Positions 22,366-31,700 of a stretch of DNA of 64,000 nucleotides are shown here, in pieces; position 1 is the first letter of the stretch; each line of letters opens with the position of its first letter. A program made the position numbers and the translations under genes. This DNA is from an uncultured Acidobacteriota bacterium (GTDB lineage Bacteria; Acidobacteriota; Thermoanaerobaculia; Multivoradales; UBA5704), in the NCBI GenBank assembly GCA_963770895.1, contig CAVYRF010000001.1, positions 1,408,001 to 1,472,000 of the forward strand. Reading direction: 5' to 3'. The notes beneath the pieces are model-generated. The model saw nothing but the letters and a program-made list of their open reading frames with translations. It searched no databases and was not told the DNA's origin.

Positions 22366-23049
22366 TTGCGCCTTAAGGCAGTGAGGCATAGCCTTACGTT
22401 GGTGCCAAAGTCAGCTGTGCGGATCGCGCTAGCCGTAGGCTGCGGACTTGTGCTCGCTCTCGTCGTTGCCTTTGCGGGCTGCGTCCTATTTCTCCGACAC
22501 GAGGTAAGAAAACAGGCTGATACCACTCGCAAAGTTGCCCAGCATCAACTTGCCGAACTTCAGGAGCAGGTTCGCACACGCCAGAACGAACTAGACTCCA
22601 AGCTGACTGCGTGGCATGAGGCGCCGCTAAAATCGAGCATGGACGGTTCGACCGGCATTGGGATAGCGCACTTTGCGTCGAATGAAATCGCCGGCTGGTT
22701 GGAGCATTCTAGGCCACTGCTGAGCATCGGATGCACTGAGCACAAAACACGTTTATTTGTTGTCACCGGAATGAACGCCCAGCCTGAGCTTGCATTGTAC
22801 GAACGATATACAGTCCGACTCAGGCTTGACCAGGGTAGGCCAGAGCGCCAAGAATGGAGCCAAGGCACTGACGGCAAGCTGCTGTTTGCGCCTAACCCCA
22901 TCCTGCTAGCCAAACAGCTCGCAAAAGCTCAATTACTGCGCTTTGAGTTTACGCCATTCAACGCCACCAGTCAGGTAGCCGAATTCAACCTTGCCGGTCT
23001 AAAGGATCATCTCTCCAAGGTCGCCGCCGCTTGCGGATGGCAACTGTAG
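22366..23049 (+). CDS. Membrane-anchored VasI/TagO-like protein
   Basis: N-terminal TM; L.I.C.E.KT, VRLRLD, LFAP, FTPF, F.LAGL..ACGW pattern. Confidence 0.65.
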   Translation: MRLKAVRHSLTLVPKSAVRIALAVGCGLVLALVVAFAGCVLFLRHEVRKQADTTRKVAQHQLAELQEQVRTRQNELDSKLTAWHEAPLKSSMDGSTGIGIAHFASNEIAGWLEHSRPLLSIGCTEHKTRLFVVTGMNAQPELALYERYTVRLRLDQGRPERQEWSQGTDGKLLFAPNPILLAKQLAKAQLLRFEFTPFNATSQVAEFNLAGLKDHLSKVAAACGWQL

Positions 23050-23065
23050 ATCGTCGAGCAATAAC

Positions 23066-23800
23066 ATGGAACCGGCCGGGCATATTCAATTGCAACCATC
23101 TCGGCTTTCAGCATTCATGATGAATCCGAGCAATTCACGTTCACGCGAGCACATTCTTACAACTCGGGCGATATACGATCTCTCGCTAGCGGCAGCGGCT
23201 AGCGGCTATCATCTCCAAACATACAGTCCGGTAGTTGACCGCGACGGCTTCGACCTCATTATAGACGACCACGACTCTATCGTTCCACTCCAGCTAAAGT
23301 CGAGAGCCGGGAGCCAGAGCAGATGGTCGGTGCATCGGAAGCTTCTTCGGCCACAGCGCCGCGACTGTGAACTGTTCGGGTTTGAGGAGAGTCCTGAGGG
23401 AGAGGGGCTCGGCGGAGGAGTTCTACTTGCGCACATAGAGCCGCATGACAGCGCACTCGACGTAACGTATTACTACACCGATGTCCATATCCTAACTGCC
23501 CTATGGCAACGAGTTGTCGATCGCAACCGCTCAGAAGATGTGGCACTCCGCAGATTGCAAATTGATCTCTCAGCCGACGTTGCCGGCTTTGTGGCTCTAC
23601 CTAAGGCTGCATTCGTCCGGGCCAATTCTCCTGACGCAGTGCTAGCCTTGGCTGGTTTGCATAGCCGCTACAACATGGCATGGCGTCTCAATATTAGGCG
23701 CCTTGCTGGGTCTGCCAACCGAGGCGAACCATTAGATTTACCGGAAGGTCGCCTGCGCTCCACAATCGCTGCCGAGTTGGCTGCGATGCAACGCCCGTGA
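23066..23800 (+). CDS. Putative PD-(D/E)XK nuclease-like protein
   Basis: VDRDGFDLIID..PLQLKS restriction-fold motif; low GC. Confidence 0.6.
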   Translation: MEPAGHIQLQPSRLSAFMMNPSNSRSREHILTTRAIYDLSLAAAASGYHLQTYSPVVDRDGFDLIIDDHDSIVPLQLKSRAGSQSRWSVHRKLLRPQRRDCELFGFEESPEGEGLGGGVLLAHIEPHDSALDVTYYYTDVHILTALWQRVVDRNRSEDVALRRLQIDLSADVAGFVALPKAAFVRANSPDAVLALAGLHSRYNMAWRLNIRRLAGSANRGEPLDLPEGRLRSTIAAELAAMQRP

Positions 23801-23965
23801 CTTTCCGGTGCTGGTGCGGGGCGATACTTTGGGGTAACGCCGAATTGCCGGCTATTGGGCTCGCGTAGTGGGCGCCGGCCCATAGACCCAGAGCGATACC
23901 ACCATAGGCTTGTGCCGGTGGCGATGCCGCGCATAGCCTCAAGGGAGGTTCCTGGAGACTGCACT

Positions 23966-24475
23966 ATGGATCGTAAGGCGCTCCCTCGATCTCTCGCCCT
24001 CTTTGTCGCCGTCGCCTCTCTTGCCCTACCGTGCGCAGCACAAAAGCCCGCACAGCCCGCGCCGCAGGCAGCCCAACAGTTAGGGTTTGGTAAGTGGCAG
24101 GTTCTCAGTGAGGGGGCCGTTTTCATACAGCGCGGTACGCTTGCCTTGGTCCTAACGGTGGGCCAGATTAGGCAGGCTCCGGTCGGCACCGCCTACATTG
24201 TAGACCGACTGTCCGATGTGCCTAACAGCCGCCAGCGGGATTTGTCGGGGTGTCCCCAGCGTCTCCGCGTTGACTCGAATCCGGCGCTAGCGATTGGGAT
24301 CGGCGCCGGGTCCGTCACAGACGGACGCGTGCTACTGCGTGAAATGCTCGCCGGGAACTCGCTGACTGCGGAGTATTGCATTTGGCCCAACCATCGGCCG
24401 GCCCATTCCACTTTCGAGCTAAAAGGCTTCGCGCAAGCGTGGCACGCAGCCGGTGGGCGTGAACCGAAATCGTAG
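23966..24475 (+). CDS. Exported protein (IalB/VasI-like fold suspected)
   Basis: Signal peptide; LRVD, LLREMLAG, FELKGFAQA ending. Confidence 0.6.
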   Translation: MDRKALPRSLALFVAVASLALPCAAQKPAQPAPQAAQQLGFGKWQVLSEGAVFIQRGTLALVLTVGQIRQAPVGTAYIVDRLSDVPNSRQRDLSGCPQRLRVDSNPALAIGIGAGSVTDGRVLLREMLAGNSLTAEYCIWPNHRPAHSTFELKGFAQAWHAAGGREPKS

Positions 24476-24549
24476 GTCCGCCTCAATGGCAAGACTACCC
24501 AATAGATATCTGTTGTTTGTAGATTTGGGCGCCGAAATGGGAGACAGGA

Positions 24550-24924
24550 ATGAAAAAGGCCACTCTCACGCCTCTCACGCTGCTGATTTTCCAACTCAAC
24601 CACCTTCTCGACACGGGTCGCTACGACAGGATCACATTCCAGGAGGTGACTTCTCGAATCGAAGATGGATCCATCCTCCATTTCCTCAAGGAACGCGCAG
24701 GCGAAGATGTAGACCTCAGCGCGCATCTTGAGGGCGGTCTTATGCATGGCAAGTTCGAGCACTTCTACGTGCCGTATTTGCAATCGTTCCTCAACGCCGA
24801 GGATTTCCAGCGCAAGTGGCTTGTACAAAACCGGGGGCTGTGCCTGCTTATCGCGATGACCAACGAGATTGTCCAGCAAGGCAGTGGTTGGTCCTCCTCG
24901 ACCGACGTTGCTGGTGTGGAATAG
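24550..24924 (+). CDS. Hypothetical protein
   Basis: 124-aa ORF with GGGAG RBS and globular composition. Confidence 0.65.
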   Translation: MKKATLTPLTLLIFQLNHLLDTGRYDRITFQEVTSRIEDGSILHFLKERAGEDVDLSAHLEGGLMHGKFEHFYVPYLQSFLNAEDFQRKWLVQNRGLCLLIAMTNEIVQQGSGWSSSTDVAGVE

Positions 24925-24967
24925 CGCGCCGTGCGCAGCAGGTCAGAGGTCAACGCCACGATCAGAT

Positions 24968-26512
24968 GCGCTCAGCCGCGGTCACACCAAGGCCGCCGCC
25001 GCCGGCCTGGCTGGCGTGAGTGAAGTGGTGCGCGTATAAGCGAGCTTCCGAAGATCCCGACTTTGCGGAGCAGAAATGGATAGCATGCCCACCGGGGAAC
25101 AGCGGCGCTGATGACGGTGGCGTTTGAGAGGATTACCGATCGAGTGCCCGAGCGACAGGATTGCTCGCGGTGTGAATTCGAGACAGGCCATAGAGCACAC
25201 CCGGCATGCTGATGGACCGATCGCGAGTCCGAAGACGATACCGATTGACAGATTGACAGGCTATCGCTTGAGACGAGACGCCGCTTGCTGGCAGAGCTGG
25301 CGGCAATTGAGCGTGATAATTTGGCACCTCCTTGATTGGGGGGTAAGCTGCGGTATAATGAGATCGGCTATGCCGGCCTTGGCTGCCAGGAAAATGCTCC
25401 GACGAAGGCTCATCGCGCAAAGCACCATCGGCCAGAGGCAAATGACATCGCCTCCTTCTAGGCACACATCGCACTTTCGATCATCTCTTATGTCCACCCG
25501 ATAAAACGACACCAGATTGAGGTTACACATGCCGACTTGCTTCGTAATTCAACCATTCGACTCGGGGAAATTTGACAAGCGCTATTTTGATATCTATGAG
25601 CCTGCGATCAATGCGTCGAACTTGGAAGCATATAGAGTTGACCTCGACCCCTCCGTAGAAGTACCAATCGAAGCTATCGAAGACGGCATCCGGGCCGCCG
25701 CCATCTGCCTGGCCGACATCACTACCGACAATCCGAATGTCTGGTATGAGCTGGGGTACGCATTTGCGGCTGGGCGCCCAGTAGTCATGATCTGCTCGGA
25801 GGAGCGAAAGGACAAGAAGTATCCATTTGACATTCAGCACCGGACGGTCATTCGCTACAAGCCAGATGCTCCAAGTGATTTTGCAGCACTACAGATCGCC
25901 ATTACAGAACGGCTGCGTGCGAAACTCAACAAGGCGCAGGCACTTCGTCAGATAATTGAGTCTGAGCAAGTGGCCCCCACGCAAGGCCTGAGTCAGCCAG
26001 AGCTCATGGTGCTAGCAGAGCTCGCTGGTGACACACCCATCCCTGGCGCCATTGTCGCCGTATCCTCCTTGAAGCACTCATCGGAAGGAGCGGGGCTCAC
26101 CGCGATAGGCTTTTCGCTTGCACACAGACGGTTGGTGGCGAAGGGCATGGTTGAGCGCGTAGATGGTCAGGACGAGCGCGGCGACTACTACGACGCCAGT
26201 AGGCTGACTGAGCAGGGCTGGAGTTGGATCGACACAAATGAATCACTATTTGTTCTCCGGCGCCCCGAACCTGGTGATGACATCCATTTCTAATTGGGGG
26301 AGCAAGGACCCGGAGCGGGAGCTGAGCCGCAAAGCGACTGTGGTCAATGGCCGCAGCCGCCGGCATGCCCTTCCTGCTGTTCTGCTGTTCAGCGCTAAGC
26401 AATACCGCCGTATGACAACTCGGAGTCTTCGGCCGCTCGCTTATACGCGCACCACTTCACTCACGCCAGCCAGGCCGGCGGCGGCGGCCTTGGTGTGACC
26501 GCGGCTGAGCGC
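24968..26512. repeat. 78-bp perfect inverted repeats (24968-25045 and 26435-26512) flanking a 1.4-kb cassette
   Basis: Direct reverse-complement match read from the sequence. Confidence 0.9.
25529..26293 (+). CDS. Nucleoside 2-deoxyribosyltransferase/TIR-like protein with C-terminal wHTH-like region
   Basis: CFVIQPF, AYRVD, ADITTDNPNVWYELGYA, PFDIQH. Confidence 0.8.
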   Translation: MPTCFVIQPFDSGKFDKRYFDIYEPAINASNLEAYRVDLDPSVEVPIEAIEDGIRAAAICLADITTDNPNVWYELGYAFAAGRPVVMICSEERKDKKYPFDIQHRTVIRYKPDAPSDFAALQIAITERLRAKLNKAQALRQIIESEQVAPTQGLSQPELMVLAELAGDTPIPGAIVAVSSLKHSSEGAGLTAIGFSLAHRRLVAKGMVERVDGQDERGDYYDASRLTEQGWSWIDTNESLFVLRRPEPGDDIHF

Positions 26513-26712
26513 GTCGAAGTAGGCGGGGATTCCCATTCGGCCCCCGCGTTGGCGCAGGCCAGTGACAGCTGTTGCGCCAGTGCCACAACGTGCTTACGTA
26601 ATATCGCGTTGCGACACATCGTGAGAAGGCGCCGTCTGTACAAAAGCCGTCCACGGTTGAGGCGACAGCGCGAGAGACGTGGTGACGCTGGACGGATGGA
26701 CGGATCTCTACA

Positions 26713-28017
26713 CTACTCGCTTCCTGGCCCATCTGGACGGATGGACGACCCGGACGGACTTGTGGAGCAAGGCAAAGGGTCGGCAGGCGGTAGGTACTCG
26801 CTCCAGGCGTAGGCGAAATCTTCAGCCCAATAGCCGCGCATGGTTCTCTTCGAATTATGACGCGGCTTAATAGGGTGATTGGGGTCACCATCAATCGTGA
26901 AGAGACTTATTCTCAGCATAGATGACAGGATATGTTCATTAATGCCGCGGCCGTTTTTCATGGTTTCCCAGGGCTCCTCCTTACGCGCTTTTAGCTCATC
27001 AATGACGTTCCCTGATGACCGAAAGGTGAACCCGGTAAAGATCTCTCTGAGTGCGGAGAGAAGGAGCGTAGCAAGAGACTGCGAGTCCTGTTCCGCGTCT
27101 TTATTGTCGATGGCATCGGCATACTTCTTGAGCTGGTTGATGCTTTCGCAGTCCTCCTTGCAGCCACCTGCAATCCATAACACTACCTGCAATGGTCGCA
27201 GCAGTTCAGCCATCCTGCTGTTTCGGATGGGTAGCGGCGAAACCATCGTGTAGTAGGTAGAGGCCAGCTCCTCTTTCTCTTTGGCCCATTCATGTAGCCT
27301 CTCTCTAAGTTCCTTTCCCCGATCTTCGACCCGTTTTCGGTCGAATGTAGCAACGGTTCCGTGCGCCCTATTCAGGTATACAGGAATGCACCTGTCGGCC
27401 AAAATTGGATGCGGCCTACCGATCATCGCCAGAATCTTGGCGCCGTATATGCTGAATGATTTTGGTGAAAAACGTTTGTTTATACCTGGTTCGCAGCGGC
27501 CGATAACTGCGTCAACTTCGATGCCCGCTTGCAGCAGCTTGCGTAGTGCCTGACCCATTGCATCGCGTTTGTCTCCCAGCGACATGTGCGCTTCGTCAAA
27601 TAGGAGGGTAAGCGGCTCGCCCCTTTTTCTGCCCGCCTCAATCGCACGAAATAACCACGCTGGAGTGACATCCGGCGAGAACTCGGGGAATGGCACGACG
27701 GCCTTCAAGATCTTAAGGAGGCGCGTTTTCCCGCATCGCATCTCAGGCGACATAAGGGCAAGCACCGGGAAGATATCCCAACATTCGAGCAGGTAGATCG
27801 CTCCTACGTATGCGGTGATGATCGTGATCGCTTCGGGTGGAAGTATCATGTACTCGGCTATCAACCTATACACGTCGCCTAGCGGCCCTTGTATCTCTTT
27901 TTCGGCCGTCCATCCGTCCATCCGTCCAGGAATGACGGGTGCCGGCGGCAGCGGTTGTCCCTCGGGGGCCTTCTCCGCGCCGTATGGGATCGTCGGCGCC
28001 GCGCGCCTTATCCCCAT
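26713..28017 (-). CDS. DUF3631-family P-loop protein (satellite replication/primase-associated)
   Basis: SPEMRCGKT, TPAWLFR, LLFDEA, LADRCI, C-terminal RGY...F..AW..YL. Confidence 0.8.
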   Translation of the reverse strand: MGIRRAAPTIPYGAEKAPEGQPLPPAPVIPGRMDGWTAEKEIQGPLGDVYRLIAEYMILPPEAITIITAYVGAIYLLECWDIFPVLALMSPEMRCGKTRLLKILKAVVPFPEFSPDVTPAWLFRAIEAGRKRGEPLTLLFDEAHMSLGDKRDAMGQALRKLLQAGIEVDAVIGRCEPGINKRFSPKSFSIYGAKILAMIGRPHPILADRCIPVYLNRAHGTVATFDRKRVEDRGKELRERLHEWAKEKEELASTYYTMVSPLPIRNSRMAELLRPLQVVLWIAGGCKEDCESINQLKKYADAIDNKDAEQDSQSLATLLLSALREIFTGFTFRSSGNVIDELKARKEEPWETMKNGRGINEHILSSMLRISLFTIDGDPNHPIKPRHNSKRTMRGYWAEDFAYAWSEYLPPADPLPCSTSPSGSSIRPDGPGSE

Positions 28018-28130
28018 GGTGACACCGCCTTTTCCGACAGACGATGCGGCGCTCGTTTGTTGTTCATGGGTCTATCACCCGGTGACCCGGCACTTGGCAC
28101 CATAGAGTAGCCGACGCTGCGCTTGCCCTG

Positions 28131-28445
28131 CTAAGACCGGCGAGCATTTGCACCTCTCGCAATCTGTCGGGACGATCGCGGTAGACTTGCGCTTTGTGTA
28201 TCGGAAGTAGAGTGCCGCTCTTGCTCGGCCATAAACTTCTCGATGGCTTCTCGTCGGTAAATCACACGACGCCCGAGTTTCACGAAGGTAGGGCCTTTGC
28301 CGTTCAGGCGCCACGCTTCTAAAGTTTGTCTCTTTAACCGCAGATACGTCGCCGCTTCCTCCGTGGTGATGTTGTCGTTCAGTATGTTCACTTGCGTTCT
28401 CTCCATTCTGAGCGTTCCCGCGTCTGGCAGGACTTGACGGGGCAT
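28131..28445 (-). CDS. Excisionase/AlpA-like HTH protein
   Basis: ITTEEAATYLRLKRQTLEAWRLNGKGPTFVKLGRRVIY; true start probably near 28406. Confidence 0.85.
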   Translation of the reverse strand: MPRQVLPDAGTLRMERTQVNILNDNITTEEAATYLRLKRQTLEAWRLNGKGPTFVKLGRRVIYRREAIEKFMAEQERHSTSDTQSASLPRSSRQIARGANARRS

Positions 28446-28567
28446 AGGAGAGCATGCGCATTGGATGAGCAGCGAGGCTAGCTCATCCAGATTCTTTGCG
28501 AGGAAAGAGGGGCGGCGGCCAGCCTCTTGTCCGCGAGGTTCCCGAGGCAGGGAAGGAGAGGGGGGAG

Positions 28568-29149
28568 CTACCGGATGCCCAGCTTCTTGAGGCGGTGTCT
28601 GATGGTGTTTTCGTTCTTGCCGAGCTTGCGGGCGATGCGGACAGCCATGCGGCGAGTCGAATTGGTGCGGCGATCGTATAGATTTTGCGCGCGGTACTCC
28701 TTGGCGGCGGACTCGACATCGCGTTGCAGGCTCTCGGCGGCTTCGCTCAGTTCTCGCCCTCGTTTGCGTGCAGCCTCACGGCTTCTATCGCAAAACTTTA
28801 GCCAGCTCTGTACTTCTTTCCAGTTGTGGCGGGCCTCGGCCTCAGCCGCCCACACACCGATCGTGACCGCCTCGCTCGCGGCATACACTGCTTGGCCATG
28901 TTTCAAGTAGTCGCGCACGAGCCAAATTGAGAGCAGGATTTTTTCAGCATACCAAGCGCGTGAAAGCTCTGATGGTTCCGGTTCATGTGATCGCCCAAAC
29001 CGCACTCCTGGAGTGTTTTGACAGACCCTCTCCAGCTCCTTGATAAGCCCCTCGAATGAGGCAAAGGGGGCGCGCCTTCTCATTTCGGCCTTGAACCGCT
29101 CGAACTCCTCCAGGTTCGGCTTAGGCGGTCTCTTCGGCTGCTCGCTCAT
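28568..29149 (-). CDS. Hypothetical protein with C-terminal HTH
   Basis: ATGA-coupled to higA; IARKLGKNENTIRHRL ending. Confidence 0.65.
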   Translation of the reverse strand: MSEQPKRPPKPNLEEFERFKAEMRRRAPFASFEGLIKELERVCQNTPGVRFGRSHEPEPSELSRAWYAEKILLSIWLVRDYLKHGQAVYAASEAVTIGVWAAEAEARHNWKEVQSWLKFCDRSREAARKRGRELSEAAESLQRDVESAAKEYRAQNLYDRRTNSTRRMAVRIARKLGKNENTIRHRLKKLGIR

Positions 29150-29466
29150 GACGCAAAGGCGTGCTCGGGAATCTTGCGGATCTCGTCGCGCAGCTTCCGC
29201 TCGGCGTGCCATAGGTCGTGGGCTGTCTGCATACGAAGCCAGAAGCCGGCGCCGTTGCTGCAAAACCGCCCAAGGCGCACCGCCATCTCGGGTGAAACGG
29301 CGGAGTTGCCGGCGAGAATTGAATGCAGCATCTGGCGGGAGACTCGCAACTGGCGGGCCGCTTCGGTAACGGTCAGCCCGAGCGTCGGCAGCACGTCTTC
29401 GCGCAGGATCTCGCCGGGGTGCGCAGGCTTCATGTCGGATGGGTGCTTGGCGTGGTACTCGGGCAT
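29146..29466 (-). CDS. higA: HigA antitoxin
   Basis: PAHPGEILRE, LTVTEAARQL, SPEMAVRL, FWLRMQ. Confidence 0.93.
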   Translation of the reverse strand: MPEYHAKHPSDMKPAHPGEILREDVLPTLGLTVTEAARQLRVSRQMLHSILAGNSAVSPEMAVRLGRFCSNGAGFWLRMQTAHDLWHAERKLRDEIRKIPEHAFAS

Positions 29467-29477
29467 CGGTCGGCTCC

Positions 29478-29753
29478 TCAGTGGTACTGCTCAAGATCTA
29501 CTCGTACGGCGTCACCGTCTTCCCATTCGAAGGTGATCCGCCATGGGCCGTTAACGTCGATCGCGTAGCGCACGGGCTTGCCATGAAGCCGGTGCAGCCC
29601 CAGCCCAGGCATGCCCAGCTCGCGTAGATCCTGCGCCGCGTGAAGGACGGTCAGTCGCCGCCGCACGCGGTCGAGCAGATCGGGACGGACCCCTTTCGGA
29701 TCATTCTCGTTCCAGAGCTTTGCGAGCCCCTTGTGCTGGAAGCTTCGGATCAT
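29478..29753 (-). CDS. higB: HigB (RelE-family) toxin
   Basis: MIRSFQHKGL, LHRLHG, VNGPWRITF, DLEQYH. Confidence 0.93.
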   Translation of the reverse strand: MIRSFQHKGLAKLWNENDPKGVRPDLLDRVRRRLTVLHAAQDLRELGMPGLGLHRLHGKPVRYAIDVNGPWRITFEWEDGDAVRVDLEQYH

Positions 29754-29829
29754 CCCGTCCCTAGCTTAGGAGAGTCCATCCTGGGTGTCAATCGTGCCTT
29801 TACAGTTTCGCTGGACCGTTGCGGGGGGC

Positions 29830-31038
29830 TCAGGTCCTCATGGGCAAGACTTTGGCGGACGGCTCGGGCTCGCGGTCGAGCGCCGCGCGCAACCACCCGC
29901 TCACGCGGTCAGCCGCCGCGACCAGGGAATGGCTCCGGTGCGTGTAGCGGTCATGCGCATCCGTTCCAGGCGCATGGCCCATCAAGAGCTTGCGGACTTC
30001 CCGGTCCACGCCCAGCTCCGCCGCCGCAGTTCCGAAGGCATGGCGCGTGGCGTCGTATAGTCGGATACCAGCGGGAACCTCGGCGCGGGCCGTGACGCGC
30101 TCCCATAGGAGGCGCAGACTCGGGATGTGCTTGCCACTGGCGGGCGGACGAACAAAAACCCAAGGGCCAGTCCTGGCGAGCCCTGCGAGCACTTCCACCG
30201 CCGCCGCTCCCAGGACCACCACCCGTGGGCCGGTCTTCGCTGCCTTGAGCCCCCAGGTGCGGTCCGCCACGTTGATGTGCTCCCATCGGGCGGCGATCAC
30301 CTCAGCCGGCCGCGCACCGGTCAGCAGGCAAAACTTGAACGCAGCGACCGCTGCCGCGTCGTCTTCCTCTTCGAGCGCCGCGCCGATGCGCCCAAGCTCT
30401 TCGCGGCTGAGACCGCGCCCCCGTGGGGGCTCCGCAAAGCGATCGTGACGGGCGGCGGGGTTGCTGCGGTCCTGCGGGAACCACTGCCACCGCTGCGCCA
30501 GCGACCAGGCTTTCGAGGCAAGCGAGAGCAGCCGGTTCGCCATGAAGGGGTGAGCCGCGCCCACGTCCCGGTGCAGCTTGTCGAGATCCTGCCAGGTCAC
30601 GTCCGCAACCGGCCGCGCCTTGAGCGCCGGCACCAGGTAGAGGCGGAAGAGCATCTCAGCGTTTCGGCGTGAGCTTGCAGACTTGCTAGCGTAGTGCTCT
30701 GCGAGGACGCGATTGGCAAGGTCGGCAACGGTCGGCGCCGTGTCCGTCATGTGGCGCCGCGCCCGCCGGTCCTTGAGAGGGTCTTCCCCTCGGCCGACCG
30801 CCGCCTTGAGCTGGCGGGCCTCTTCGCGCGCGGTGTCTACGGTCCACTCGCCAAAGCGCCCGATCGTGTAGCGGCGCTCCCGCCCGCCGGCCCCTCGGTA
30901 GTTCAGCACGAAGGACTTCACGCCACCGCGAGAGACCGCGATCCCGAAGCCCTTCACGTCGGTATCCCAGGCGACCTCGGCGCGGTCGGGGCCGGGCTTC
31001 AAGCTGTCGGCCAGTTTTTTGGTGAGCTTCCGAGCCAT
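29830..31038 (-). CDS. Tyrosine integrase with N-terminal arm-binding domain
   Basis: WDTDVKGFG..RRYTIG arm domain; LTGAR, KTG, YDATRH, LMGH, RY catalytic set. Confidence 0.93.
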   Translation of the reverse strand: MARKLTKKLADSLKPGPDRAEVAWDTDVKGFGIAVSRGGVKSFVLNYRGAGGRERRYTIGRFGEWTVDTAREEARQLKAAVGRGEDPLKDRRARRHMTDTAPTVADLANRVLAEHYASKSASSRRNAEMLFRLYLVPALKARPVADVTWQDLDKLHRDVGAAHPFMANRLLSLASKAWSLAQRWQWFPQDRSNPAARHDRFAEPPRGRGLSREELGRIGAALEEEDDAAAVAAFKFCLLTGARPAEVIAARWEHINVADRTWGLKAAKTGPRVVVLGAAAVEVLAGLARTGPWVFVRPPASGKHIPSLRLLWERVTARAEVPAGIRLYDATRHAFGTAAAELGVDREVRKLLMGHAPGTDAHDRYTHRSHSLVAAADRVSGWLRAALDREPEPSAKVLPMRT

Positions 31039-31076
31039 GGCTGCATCCTCCTGTCCGGGTCCGCCGATCTCGCCTG

Positions 31077-31109
31077 CTGACTCAGCGCTGACTCAGCACC
31101 GACTCAGCA
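31077..31109 (+). repeat. Integrase arm-type repeats (C[TC]GACTCAGC[AG] x3), right arm
   Basis: Three tandem 11-mers between the integrase start and att. Confidence 0.75.
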
Positions 31110-31212
31110 ATTTGCGTCAAACTCAGTACAGTAGTATCATACCACCCGGAGAGGAAAGTGCGGCAGAATAAGGGTTTGCAGGGCCAGGTCAAATTCAGTA
31201 AGGTTGGCCGCT

Positions 31213-31262
31213 GCTGATTCGTAATCAGCAGGTCATCGGTTCAATCCCGATCGTCGGCTCCA
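31213..31262 (+). repeat. att site: duplicated 3' 50 bp of tRNA-Thr
   Basis: Identical to 20709-20758. Confidence 0.95.
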
Positions 31263-31700
31263 TAGAATCAAGTAGTTAGGCGGTTGGGGAGAGCGGCTGG
31301 TTTGGAATTGTGGCACACTCGTGGCACAAAAAGCATGGGCAGGTCTGGCAGGTCGAAACGGTCCTTCTTCATTTCGATTTCGCTGTCCTCTTGCCCGCCG
31401 GCTGGTGGGTGGAGGTGGCAAATCCTCGAGACCCTGTAGAGTGACTCGATACTCGCGCCGCATGCTGAACCACTAGACATATCTCCTTTCGCGGGAGACC
31501 GGGGGCGGCGACGACGGTGAGAAGGTCGGCGTGAAAGATGCGGGTCTTCTGGCCCGCGCGCGTGGGTTTCGCCTCGATCGCCAGGTGGCGGAGGGGGGAT
31601 GGCGCGGCCATGTCGAGGTCTCCTTGGAGGTCGTGGCGCTCGCCGGAACGGCGAGCGCTCGACCGGGAGGCGCTTATTTCTCCCTCTCGGTGGGAGAGAG

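Larger units (their letters stand above)
20709..31262. mobile_element. Integrated phage-satellite/PICI-like element at tRNA-Thr
   Basis: 50-bp direct repeat of the tRNA 3' part (20709-20758 = 31213-31262), tyrosine integrase, Xis-like HTH, DUF3631, lower-GC cargo, no virion genes. Confidence 0.9.

Noticed and set aside
31213-31262. Second tRNA gene
   Set aside because: Only the 3' 50 nt are present; the acceptor 5' strand and D-arm are missing
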